Source: Azolla caroliniana
Lineage: Eukaryota > Plantae > Polypodiophyta
Length of the DNA: 64,000 nt
Direction of reading: 5' to 3'
NCBI GenBank assembly: GCA_043228905.1
Contig: JBHGNT010000004.1
Span: forward strand, 22,196,001-22,260,000
The position numbers were made by a program, and so were the translations under genes. Positions within the stretch are counted from its first letter, which is position 1. Every line of letters begins with the position of its first letter. The notes beneath the pieces were generated by a model. The model did not search any database. It was not told where the DNA came from and worked only from the letters and a program-made list of their open reading frames with translations. Below are positions 19,598 through 30,921 of this stretch, one piece after another.

Positions 19598-21940
19598 CTG
19601 TAATAATACATATTATGCTTCATCTTTTTGTTTTCAAATATTCTGGTTTGAAAATAAATATGTAATGTGTTAAAAGTAGGGAGAAAATAAGCAATTCGTC
19701 TAATAAATTTAAAAAATGTGCCTTGGGATTTTTTTCCACTTTATCTAATTAGGGGAGAAAATCCACACCCCTATCCATTTCCAATTCCATGTGATGACGA
19801 TTTACAGAATCACATTTCATCTATTGTCTATTCTGAAGAATTCACAGAACAATTATCATGGGCTGACAATACTAAGGATGCAACAAACTAACAAAGATAT
19901 TCCTGAACCATCTAACCTTTACCTCACATGCACAATCTATCAATTTCATTAATCTAGACACTTGAATAGGATTTTGTAAATGCAAGTTAGGTGATGACAT
20001 CAGCAATATTTTATTCTTTAAAGAGCTAACCATTAAACAGTTGATTATACTTCCCAACATAATGCTCTAAAAATATTTTCATTTGAAAGATCTCCTTCCA
20101 AATATCACAAAGATTATTGGATTAAGTCATTTAGCATTCATTTGCATTCTCTAAATTATGGCCTACTTGTAAGGAATGTTCTGATGGAAGACATGCAAAA
20201 CTGAAATAATCTCAGACAGATATCATCAGGAGTATGAAATTCCTCTGATAGATTTAGGTTCCAAAATTTTCTGCACTGAACGTAACATATATATACTGCT
20301 TTGAATTACTGGGATATTTTATCAATGCACAATCAGCAACAATTGTGCATGTTGAAATAATGGCCTTTCTGCAAAGATTCTCTGATACCTTTATGCATCT
20401 TTGATTATTTATTATCAATTGAGAAGTTAATAGTTCCCATGTAGGAAAACCAAGAGACAACAATTAAGTCACTTATCTAGCTAGAGCAGATTCAAAAATT
20501 AAAGTACTCACTTCTTTTCCTGCTCCAAATCCCAAGGCTCTGTCATAAAAGAAAGAGAGGCGACAGGATATTAAAAAAATGGTGAGGCCAAAGCATGCAT
20601 ACACACACAAAGACGGAGACAGAGAGAGAGAGAGAGAGAGAGAGAAACCTCATTGCCACTTGAAGCTCTATGGCATCAATACTTCCTGAAATAATTAAAT
20701 AAAATTAATGATGTTACTACAACACCAGTACTGTAAATAGATTGCTCAAATGGTTTACCAATCTAGGGTTTCAGGGTAACCTTTGCAGTGTGAATATCAA
20801 TATCACTGAATGTAGCCAATGTAATGGAAAACCCAGGCGTACTGTACTACGGGTATGGGGCATGTTAGAAAGGTCTAGCATATGGACCAATGTTCAAGAG
20901 AAAAAAAAGAACCTTTATTTACTAAAACACCAGGGTTATTTTAATTTGGTGGGTGGAAATTTTTGTCTGAGAAACAACAACTTTGAACTACTAAATTCCT
21001 ATAAATTTTGGGCCGATACCTCTAAAAACATGAAAATAAAAGTCAGCTGAGTAATGAAGGTTGGAAGGTGAATCTCATCTACTATTCTAATGCCTTATAA
21101 TTTTGAAGGTCAAATATCCCAATGTTTTTTCTATTGGGGTTGAATATGCACAGAAAGTGCATCACCGGGAAATCTGTTTCAACAGGCCTAAAACGTGAAA
21201 CAGATGGAGCATTCCAGCCAAAACATCCATGGAAAACATGACCTGAAATTGATATTTCTCTTTTGCACATTTTATGTCATTTTAACCCTCGGTTTCTGGT
21301 TTTTGCTAGTTTTATTTTCTTGATTTTGAATATTTGAGAGTGTGAGGCTTATTTTGCTTTTAGGGGGCTCCATGGCCATGGCATGTTATAAAGTTCTCGG
21401 TTTTGGGCGATGGATCCAATATACTTTTCGCGCTCATCTTACACCTCTTATTCATGCAGTTGAATGTACAAAAAACAAGCACTCTCTTGAGTCTCTACTT
21501 TTGGCGCATGACATGCTATACAGGTTCACAGTAAGAAGGTAGGGTCCCTTCTAGTTTCAATGTCAAAATATTATCGATAATTTCGCAATCTATGCATCTG
21601 AATTTACACACACAAATGTTACACCACATGTCATTGTTGAAAAAAACAACTATGGATGCAATATAAGCAGAAGAAAACAATTGTTTCCAGATATACCAGA
21701 TCCATCTGTGTCGAAAAGGTCGAAAGCTTCTCTGATTTCCTTCCTCTGCTCATCGGTGGGCTGGAGCTTCCCTCTACCGCCCAACTGAGAGGAAAAACGG
21801 AAAATGAGAAAGAGATCTCGCGACGAGAGAAAGTGCGAGCGTGGAGGAAAAAAACTGAGAGTTTCACGTGGTCTACGAAAAGAAGAAAAGAAAATATTAA
21901 CAAAAAAGAAAATAAAGAGGAGGCCGATCGAGCTCACCAT
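17387..21940 (-). CDS. Centrin (caltractin), EF-hand protein, 7 exons
   Basis: Exons are 21938-21940 (ATG only), 21697-21784, 20649-20685, 20512-20539, 17926-18078, 17551-17653 and 17387-17445. They give [85 protein letters not shown]...[24 protein letters not shown], with centrin signatures [12 protein letters not shown] and VAMRALGF. Confidence 0.93.
19519..19595. repeat. Compound (TATC)n(TA)n microsatellite in a centrin intron
   Basis: Directly visible. Confidence 0.95.
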
Positions 21941-22128
21941 TGAAGCTCTCGCGTTGCTGCAGATGCTGGTACTGCTGGTCGTGGGGAAACGCGTTTCTGA
22001 AACGGCGAACAGAAAAAGAAAAAAAAAAACAGAACGTTTCTGAAACGCTACGTGAAACGGCGAGCAGAATTATGTATGTAATATAGCAAAGTAGACTTTA
22101 TGAGAATTTTACGAAAGTAGTCCTCCCG

Positions 22129-22143
22129 TTTCGAGAAACTTCA
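22129..22143. promoter_or_regulatory. Perfect three-unit heat-shock-element-like motif upstream of centrin
   Basis: tTTCgaGAAacTTCa matches nTTCnnGAAnnTTCn, about 190 bp upstream of the ATG. Confidence 0.35.
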
Positions 22144-22177
22144 CAAAATAGCCCAATCCACCATAAATCCTCCCAAT

Positions 22178-22454
22178 CATAGCATGAACCATACGTACCA
22201 TACGTGAATTCTCATGCGCGAATGTTTAGAGCATTCGAGCATGGTAAACACCCTTGAAGAATGGTAAATACCATACTTTTGGTTTAACTATTTATTATGA
22301 GGTAAATAAACCTAAAAAAAGGGGAAAAAAATATTTAAAAATTACTTTTAAAAGGGGGACAAAAAAACACAAGAATGTTGAATAACATTCGCATTCGTTT
22401 TCCAACGTATGAAAGGAATGTTATGCTAGACGAATGCGAATTTTACGTACTATG
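22178..22454. mobile_element. hAT-type MITE with 8-bp TSD
   Basis: Identical CTCCCAAT at 22170-22177 and 22455-22462. Termini are CATAG and CTATG, with repeated cgaatg/cattcg subterminal motifs. Confidence 0.8.
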
Positions 22455-22498
22455 CTCCCAATAATAAGCGCCAAATCCTTTCACAAATTTCTAACATG

Positions 22499-22789
22499 TA
22501 GGGTTTGGCCACGGCTCAGCAGTTCAAGCCTGAACCTAACCGTTAAGCCATTTTTTAACGGTTTGAAGGTTTGGTTCAGTTTAGGCTTCAGCTTCCTTAT
22601 TTGGTTTGAGCTTGGTTTGGAATGGCTCAAGCCAAACCGAACCAGTTCCCAAACTTATTAAGGCATAATTGGCTTGGCTAAACCAATTTGGCCAAACTGA
22701 ATAGCCTTAACTTGTTTAGGAATCGGTTCGGTTCAAGTTTGGAAACTCCATAACCGGTTAAGCCGAAACCGAACCGTTGTTGATTCTTA
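22499..22789. mobile_element. Older hAT-type MITE (AACCG-rich)
   Basis: Starts with tagggtttggccacgg and carries many aaccg/cggtt motifs. Flanks ctaacatg and ctcacacg match at 6 of 8 positions (decayed TSD). The right TIR is degenerate. Confidence 0.55.
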
Positions 22790-24420
22790 CTCACACGGTG
22801 ACACTCAGTAGTATAAGTCATTGTATGAATGTTGAGAGAGTAGCTATCTCGTTTTTCACATGCATTACATGAAATATATCTATATATTTTTGTCCCATAG
22901 ATCATATTAGACCTCCGAAGATGGATCTAATTGTCTATCTATCTATCTTAAGTAAGAACGTTAATTAATAATATGATTAGAAGGCAAAGCTTTTCCCATG
23001 CGTCACTATCATATGTCATCTCGTGGAACACAATGTGTGTGGATACACATGGTGGATTCATTTCGAATACTTGAAAGGTACGATAGTATCTCTCCTCCTC
23101 CTTGTTGATTCCCATCACCCGTCAAAATGCAAGCACATCTTTTCCTCGTTCGCCTTGGAAAACATGAATTAAAAAACCATGCATTCACTTGTGCATAGTT
23201 TATGGCATGTTCTTCATTCTCTTGGTGCAAAGCCTACAACGCACTAGGGTTTAGGGTTTGTAATCCAAAATAAACGAAAGGTTTGTACATGACAAGTAAT
23301 GTGGGCTACAACTTATGGCGTCTACATGCTATTATCACAAATAACATGCTAAAAACAAGCTTGTGAACTACAAACTACATGAATATCCAATATCTACACA
23401 TGGTAATACCAAAATCAAATGAACCCACTCACTACATATATGATATACATATATGGAATCTTTTTAATTTTAGAAAGGCACGTTATTGAACCCATCTCCA
23501 TTTTGCAGCGTTCAAAATTGATGTATGGGATAGGGTCTCATTCCCTCTTCTACATATTGGATACAAGATTTTTGAAAATAGAAAATGTATTGGAATCTCA
23601 TATGGATTTGTCAAGTGGCATTTCAATAAATTTAAGCACAAAATACCCCTTGTTTTGAAGAAAAAATTCAAATGCTTTGAGTATTTCCAACCCCAAATAA
23701 ATAAATAAATAAAACTCACGTTTCATGAAACACATCCCTCCATTATCTTCCATGGCATGAAGCACTCTCTTTATTTGTATGGGCGCCTTCACATAGTTAA
23801 CAGAATTTTAATTCCTTGGAAAAAGAGTTATCGTGTCTTCATTGTAAAATTCTACTTCTACTAGAGGTCTTCATCAGGAGATTATTGAATAGTTATAAAG
23901 AGATGCAAACTAATAATAAACAATCGCTTCATTTGCACTATTCAAGTGCAATACAATAATCGTTGTTTCATACAATGCTCAATGTTTGAAAGATTTGGAA
24001 TTATATTGCTTAAAATTAGCAAGGATTTTCACAATGTTATTAGACACCAATATAGTGGGTGTTTGCACGATTCACACGGATCGACCCAAAATCAGAGATG
24101 GGGATCGTTTTCTAATTTTTGAGATATTGGGAATTGCATCATAATTGGGATTTGCGCAATGCTTTTTGTATTTGATGATGGTAGGCATGGAGTCAAATGT
24201 GTATCTATGAAAGTTGAAGGGAGTACTAACGTGGCAATTATCTTTATTGGAACAAATAGAAATCCATTCCTCGATAGTTTATTCGTCTTGCCTATTAACA
24301 ATTCAACATGTTCCATTACCCATGTAGCGTAGCGGTGACCAGACTCCATTGTGATTACCCATTATTCAGTAGTGTTTTTCACATGCATTTATTAATATGA
24401 ATTTGTGTTTTCACCAAAGG

Positions 24421-24423
<3 letters not shown>

Positions 24424-24471
<48 letters not shown>

Positions 24472-24603
24472 GTAAGGTTGGCCAATGCAGACTAGGAAGG
24501 AGGTCACGGGTTCAACCCTTACATTCCATGATAGCATCTAGTAGTGCTAGACTCTAGTGGTGTAACAACTTACCACCCACCAAGGTAAGCTAGTTATGAT
24601 TAT

Positions 24604-24642
<39 letters not shown>
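24424..24642. repeat. Two (GA)n microsatellites
   Basis: (GA)n at ~24424-24468 and ~24608-24642. Confidence 0.95.
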
Positions 24643-24646
<4 letters not shown>

Positions 24647-25013
24647 CGTTGTTGTTTGAGACCTCAACAATGGGTTTTTTCTCAATATGTTCAAAATGGA
24701 TCAAATGATGAGATGGAGATATTGTTCCAATTTTTACGTTATTGGGGGGTTTACAACACAATTGGAATATGCGTAATGCTTTCATGTTTGATAATAGACA
24801 TTGGGTGAAAGCCTATATAAAGAAGCTTAAAGGTATTCTCATGTGGAATTTTTGGATGTTAGAGCATGTGGGGATCATTTCCTCAAATGCATATTTAGGT
24901 TTTTTAGAAGTATTACAGATCGTCCCTTTCCCTACATAGGCATATGATAGGTAGATGAGACTAAGAAGTGTTGTAACTTGTAATTAAGTGGATTTTACAT
25001 ACAATTAATATAA

Positions 25014-25327
25014 GGGAAAAGTACCAGGATACCCCTGGAAGTTCGTCTATTTACCAGAATGCCCTTGGAAGTTCCAAATTTACCAAACTACCCCTATGTC
25101 CAAAAAATTACACTTTATAAAGTAATTATACACTCAAATAATTGGTAAATAGGGCTAGTTCGGCTCCATTTCTTCCATCTTTGGTAAATAGGGCTTGTAG
25201 ATTTGAGTGTATACTTACTTTCTAAAGTGTAATTTTTTGGACATAGGGGTAGTTTGGTAAATTTGGAACTTCCAGGGGCATTATGGTAAATAGAGGAACT
25301 TCCAAGGGTATCTTGGTACTTTTTCCC
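25014..25327. mobile_element. Mutator-like (MULE) MITE with ~125-bp TIRs and 9-bp TSD
   Basis: GGGAAAAGTACC...tacactcaaat (25014-25139) is the near-perfect reverse complement of atttgagtgta...GGTACTTTTTCCC (25201-25327). Identical TTAATATAA lies at 25005-25013 and 25328-25336. Confidence 0.93.
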
Positions 25328-25460
25328 TTAATATAATTGTGTGCTTTTACCAAAAAAACAAAGAGAGAGAGAGAGAGAGAGGGGGGGGGGTATTTTGAGA
25401 ATTTTATGAATACAAATGTTTCATGAAATTCTCGTGAAAGCCTTTTTCTCCATGGCCCTC

Positions 25461-25505
<45 letters not shown>

Positions 25506-25594
25506 GTTTTGAGAATTTCATGAAAACTGGGGAGTGTGTTGTCTTCGATTTCCATAAAGAGAAATGTGATTATTTTTGGGTTCTTGTTGGGGCG

Positions 25595-28500
25595 ATGGCG
25601 GCTGCTTTTGCTCTTGCTTTTGCTTTTGCCTCTGCTTCTGCTCCTGTTTCTGATTCTGCTTCTGATTCTCCCGTGGCCTCCTTCGCGGGTACCGTCCGAT
25701 CAGAAAAGCCCTGCTCCATCATCTCTCGCCGTTCTCTCTTACTCTCTTCCGGAACCCCTCTGCTCCTGCTTCTCCCACTTCCTGCTCTGTCATCCACCAA
25801 GAGCTCCTCATCCTCCACGCCGCCGCCTTCCGACACAATCGCTCGTACCGTCGATCGCGTCGTTCGCAGCGATGGTGACCCCCTCCGCCTTCTTCTTGCA
25901 TCCGCTGATGATGTTGACCTTCGCCCGATCGAGCCTTTGCTATCTCAGGCAGCAGAGGCATGGGCCAGAGCCTTCGATCCCAATGACCCTCGATCCAAAG
26001 ATTACAACCTTGACTTAGCCAATCGCCTCTTCGATAAAATTGTCGCGCTCGACCCTCTCCGCACCGAGTGGCTCGAAGCCCGAGGCCAGGTATTCTCTAG
26101 TTTTTATTGCAAAAGGGCTGCCATTCATACTGTTTGAAAGGGAATTGGTGACAAATCATTATACCTTGTTTTTCCGTCCGCTGCTTAGTGCATATATGCT
26201 CTCTAGGGAAAAACTCTGAAATACCTGCATTTAGTGTTTCTTCATTTCCTGGACTGGTGATGGGTTTCCAATATTCCCTCGAATGCCCTAGAGAAACCCC
26301 CAAATGACAGAAGAAAAGGATGAATTACTCATTTACTGCTGAGAATTCCATATAATTTTGAGAAAGGGTCCAATTAGATATATAATCACAGAAAATGGCA
26401 CACATTGTTCCATGAAGGTGCCTCTTTATGATTGTAGTTGTCTTCTGATCTGTGTTTATGTTCATCTCTAGTTATTTTCTCTCTTCTTATTGTATGTTTA
26501 TGATTTCCCATATCCTGGTCATGTGTATAATTTTGTCTCTTCTTAGGTTCGAATAGATGCAAAGAGATTCAAAGAGGCTGTCTTGGATTTCGATGAGGTA
26601 GTCCGAAGGTTTGTCTACCCTCTCTCTCTCTCTTCCTTCCTGTTCAAAAGACTGGTTTGAAAGCTTCTTTATCGAAGTGTTGCATAGCCGAGAATAGGGA
26701 GTCAAATAAGATCTAGAAAGGAAGAAAGAAATAAAGAAATATATTAATGTCTACTAGAGGCAAAATCGCCATACAAGACGTATCATGATCACAAATATGG
26801 GCAAGTTCATGCTATCTATACTGAAACAAAAATAAAAACTTTGGGTTTCCTAAAGATCCTTGTTTGTGATCTCAATACATGTTGCGGAAAGATTCTGAAT
26901 ATAGTCTACAAGCATGAAGTGCTTAACTAATATGCAGGGGTTGAGCACTGTTTAGGGAACATCATATCCGAGGTTGGTTGGTGTGGTGGAGTGAGGCTAT
27001 GACCAATTACCCACATGCAATAGGTCAGACATGGTGAGCAATGATCTTCATGATCTGGTGATGGCATGGTCTATGTGCCTTGTGTATCTGTACTTGCAAT
27101 GTTGTTACACCAGTGGCATATGGTGTGAAACACCCTGAGGCACACGTATTCTTACAATATCATGAATGTTGGGATTAACTAGGTTTGCTAGATTCTCATA
27201 TTAGCATACCTACATGGGTCCAACCCGAATATGACAAATTCTACGTGATAGGAATTTCTTAGAGGATATAGTATTTTGTGTTGTGATCAGGTCACAGGGA
27301 GAAACTAAGTTGATTCATTTGATTTTGTTAGATTAAGAAAGGATAAAAAAGGATACACACATTCATAAGGAAGCAGCAGAAAAATTATGTATATTAAGTA
27401 TGTACTAGCCCAATTGGCTAAAGTGTATACCTGTCAAATGAAATGTTACAGGTTCAAATCCCACTTGAACCAAAAATGCCAAAAACGCTTTTTGATTGCC
27501 ACGATGGCAAAAGGTGAACATATACAACAAACTAGTCAAAAGTGGACCATGCAATATTTAGAGAAACATGATTGCTAGGTAGGAGATGCAAGGTGGTGGG
27601 AAGACATGATTTCATTCTTTTGTTGAACCGTGAACGTGTGGGCAAAGTATTTTGGTTGAATTTAGGCGTTTCTGGGTGGCTTGAAAATGTCGAGCAGTGA
27701 TCTCTCCAAATTGATAGTGCCACGGTCCTCATGTCCTATGCACTCATACTTACAGTCTTCATTGTCGGTGTTCCTCCACTTGCTTGGGGTCTCTTTTTTG
27801 CATGCCTTTGGTGATGGTGCAGGTCTGCTTGTGAGGTGGAGAAGGGATGAAAGTAACATTACCATCTATGAAAGCCCAAGTGATCTATGAGACCAACACA
27901 TTTTACAAAATGTTTAAAATGGACATAATTTTGTCTCATCATCAAGTGAAAATTGAAGCGTGTCATCAGTATGTTCCTCATTTGGTATTCTAGATCAAAA
28001 GGGTTACAATAGCATGACCGACAAATCCTATGGTAGACAATGCTAGCTTTTATCTGAGATGGTGAGGATGTGAACGAATTACCCGAAATTGTGCCTGTTT
28101 TATACCTAGGGCTGTCGCTGTTTCCAGGGCAACTCCTTGATAGCATGTTCTATTGTGCTGTGAGCTCTCTGAGACAAATTTTGGATGAAACTATTGCTAT
28201 GAAGAATTTAATTACATTAAAGTGCAATAACTTTGGCCTTAGCTCCTGAAAATGAAGTGAGCACTTTGTTTTCTAGGGTTCCAAAGCTGCAAGATTGCAT
28301 GCTAACCTTGATTCTGCCGCCTTTTTCATGGAGAATTGTAGGCCAGTAATTCCTAGGTTTGCATATAATTTTACATACTTCACTAGTTCCAATGAGCTGT
28401 GAATCAATGTTCTCGTTTAATAACACAATGACTGCCATCATGTTCTTCTAAAGCTTAGGTCTGATACAATGGAGCAAGCCTTGAAGGATATCCTAGCTAC

Positions 28501-30921
28501 AGGATCACCCAGAAACGTAAGGATAGGTATAGCCACAATCTGTATCTGCGCCAATGTCCAAGGATAAGGTATAGCAAATGGAAGACATACCACCCAGCCT
28601 TGTACTATCCTAGCATCTTGTGCTCTCTACAAGCTATCTAGCTACTGATAATCATACTGCAAACGAGGCCTGCGTCTCCTTTGATAAGTGACTGGCCACA
28701 CTCGCAATGTCTACATTTGCGTGCCTGAATTTTAATCACCAAACCTGAGTATGCTCCAAAGCTAGGTTCCCTCCTCTATAACACGAACACAGCATATCTT
28801 GAGGTAGCTTCTGCCAGCCTCTCCCGCAAGTCCTGTGCTCTATTGATCATCTCGATGGAGCCCATTTGCTGGATATTATGGGATCGTATCGAAGGATAGG
28901 GATAGGCCAGTTGGCAAGATCATGGAATCAAATTAAGACTGGGAAGAAGGCCATTGGCAAGATTGTGGACTGAAACCAAGGATAAATTCAGGCCTGTTTG
29001 TGAGATTATGTTGTCAAATTAAGGCGAGAGAGTCATTGGCAATTGGACGGTGCTTGTTCAGAAATAAACTGAATAGCTAAGAGTGTGTGAAAAACATATT
29101 CATTTGGAAGGAGAGTAATTTTCTCTAGCCTTTCTTTGTTAGTAATTTGTTAAATTATGGTTGAATCATGCATCGCTCCATGTTAAAGGACTTAAGTCCC
29201 AACCAAAATGTAGCATACACGAGTCCTCTTTGTCAGATCCCCAAAAAACTTCAAAGCATACTCTGGACGTGCCTTGGCTTACGAAGGCCTTGCTGAGTGG
29301 GAGAAGGCGGTGCTTGATTACACCAGAGCTCTCGAGCAAGTTCAACTTTCTACTGGATCCATTGATCCTTACATTGCTAATAGTAGAGGCAATGCTTTCT
29401 CCTCCCTTGGTCGTTACTCTGAAGCTTTGCAAGATTACTTACTGAGCCTCCAGGTGCTCGTTATCATCCTCTTCTAGTTTGGGTTCAAATTAAGTTGCTC
29501 TAGGCGTCTTCTCATTTGCTCGTCCAATCTTAATATTTTGTCATATTGGAAGAATTGCAGGGTTTCCAGAAGGCGAAAGAACTGGATGGTGCCATTTATG
29601 CGGCAAGCAATGCAGCTTTGATGCGTGTCCAAGTAAGTCAAAGAGCTGTCTTTTTATTAATTTCAATTGATAAAAAAATAAGGAAGCCCAAAGAGTCATT
29701 GCATATAAATGATTGAGGGAATCTATATCTTATGAAACCCCTGTAAAATAATACAAATATTGGGTTAATCTGCATACTTTCAATAACCTTAGCTTGTTTT
29801 TGGCATATATTACAAGTACAGCTTTAAACTTTTGTGTAGACTTGAACCTTTCAAAAATCTTCATGATAAAAAATAACCAAAAGTTTTCAAAACTCTAACA
29901 AGTAGTCATTTGGTTAGTATTATCCTCCTTTTCGTGTTGGAACTTGTAAAACTTGATATGCTCCACTATAATCTATATATGGGCTATAATAATATTGAAT
30001 GATAACACAATTGCTGACATAGGCTGCAAGTTTTTTGTCATCTAAAGCTCGGAGATGAAGCAAAGGCAATGAAGGAACTAATGTCTGTCGCACGGAGGGC
30101 ACCGGCAAGTATTGATATGCGGGCTGCACTCGCGGCTTTATATTGGTCAAAGGTATGTCTGCTTGCTATTAGCAGAACACCCCATAGTATCTGTAGAGTG
30201 ATTGGGGAGACAATTGAGTGTGATACATGGGGAAGGGATTAAGCTCTAGCTAATCATAAGTAATGAGTTGCACATTTTTTGCCCTTAGGTTATCGTCGCC
30301 GTATTGGTCTTTTGGAATTGTGACTTGAATTAAGTAGCCCCTGACAAACATTATAGAATTGAAGGTGAAAGGAGCTGTTTGGTTGTCGAGTTTAACTATA
30401 TAAAAATATATATACATGTAACATACTTCGTTTCATAAGTCTACATAGAAGTAAAAACTGAAACTCAAATAGGAAGCTGCACATTGAGTTTGCTCATCAG
30501 CAAGATACAAAGTAGGTTTTGTGGATGGTACTGTCTAGGTTATTATGTTTTAGAACCCCTGATTGAAGGGTTGTGAATCTTTATATGCTTTTTTTTCTGT
30601 GCGTTCCAAGTTATGAAATGAAGTTACAATATAGATAGAGATAGAGATATATACATATGCTTGTTTTTCTATGTATGCAAGTGTCCATGTACATATACAT
30701 GTAAAAAGAACTCTAATCGAAGTTATTTTTGGGATCAGGGTCAGGAACAAGCTGCAGAAGATGAGTGGCGCTTCACATGTGAGAATATAAATTCAGGTCA
30801 GCTATTTGACAGCTGCGCTCTATACACAGATTCAGATTGGCTTCGGAGAATACGGCGTTGGCCACCGGTTATGGTAGAACGCATGCAAAATTTTCTCCAA
30901 TTGAGGTCATCCTCCCCCTAA
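25595..30921 (+). CDS. Tetratricopeptide-repeat protein, predicted chloroplast/thylakoid-lumen, 6 exons
   Basis: Exons are 25595-26089, 26547-26608, 29237-29453, 29561-29632, 30048-30152 and 30739-30921. An Ala/Ser-rich leader is followed by SRRSLLL and a hydrophobic stretch ending ALS. TPR helices include AYSGRALAYEGLAEWEKAVLDYTRALE and NSRGNAFSSLGRYSEALQDY. The C-terminus has DMRAALAALYW...DWLRRIRRWPP. Confidence 0.88.
27399..27471 (+). pseudogene. tRNA-derived relic (tRNA-Asp(GTC)-like pseudogene or SINE head) in TPR intron 2
   Basis: A-box TAGCCCAATTGG at 27406, loop CTGTCAA and B-box GGTTCAAATCC at 27451 occur with tRNA spacing. The acceptor and anticodon stems no longer pair. Confidence 0.55.
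27590..28480 (-). mobile_element. Possible highly degenerate copia-type internal fragment in TPR intron 2
   Basis: The minus strand has ttgtatcagacc near 28458-28469 (cf. PBS-Met TGGTATCAGAGC). GNVTFIPSPPHKQTCTITKG loosely resembles the RNase H QxADIxTKG end. No paired LTRs were found. Confidence 0.3.

Noticed and set aside
25520-25594. Upstream in-frame ATG (MKTGECVV...) as the TPR start
   Set aside because: The extension does not look like a transit peptide. ATG 25595 (gcgATGGCG) has better context and begins the Ala/Ser-rich leader, though the upstream ATG is not strictly excluded.
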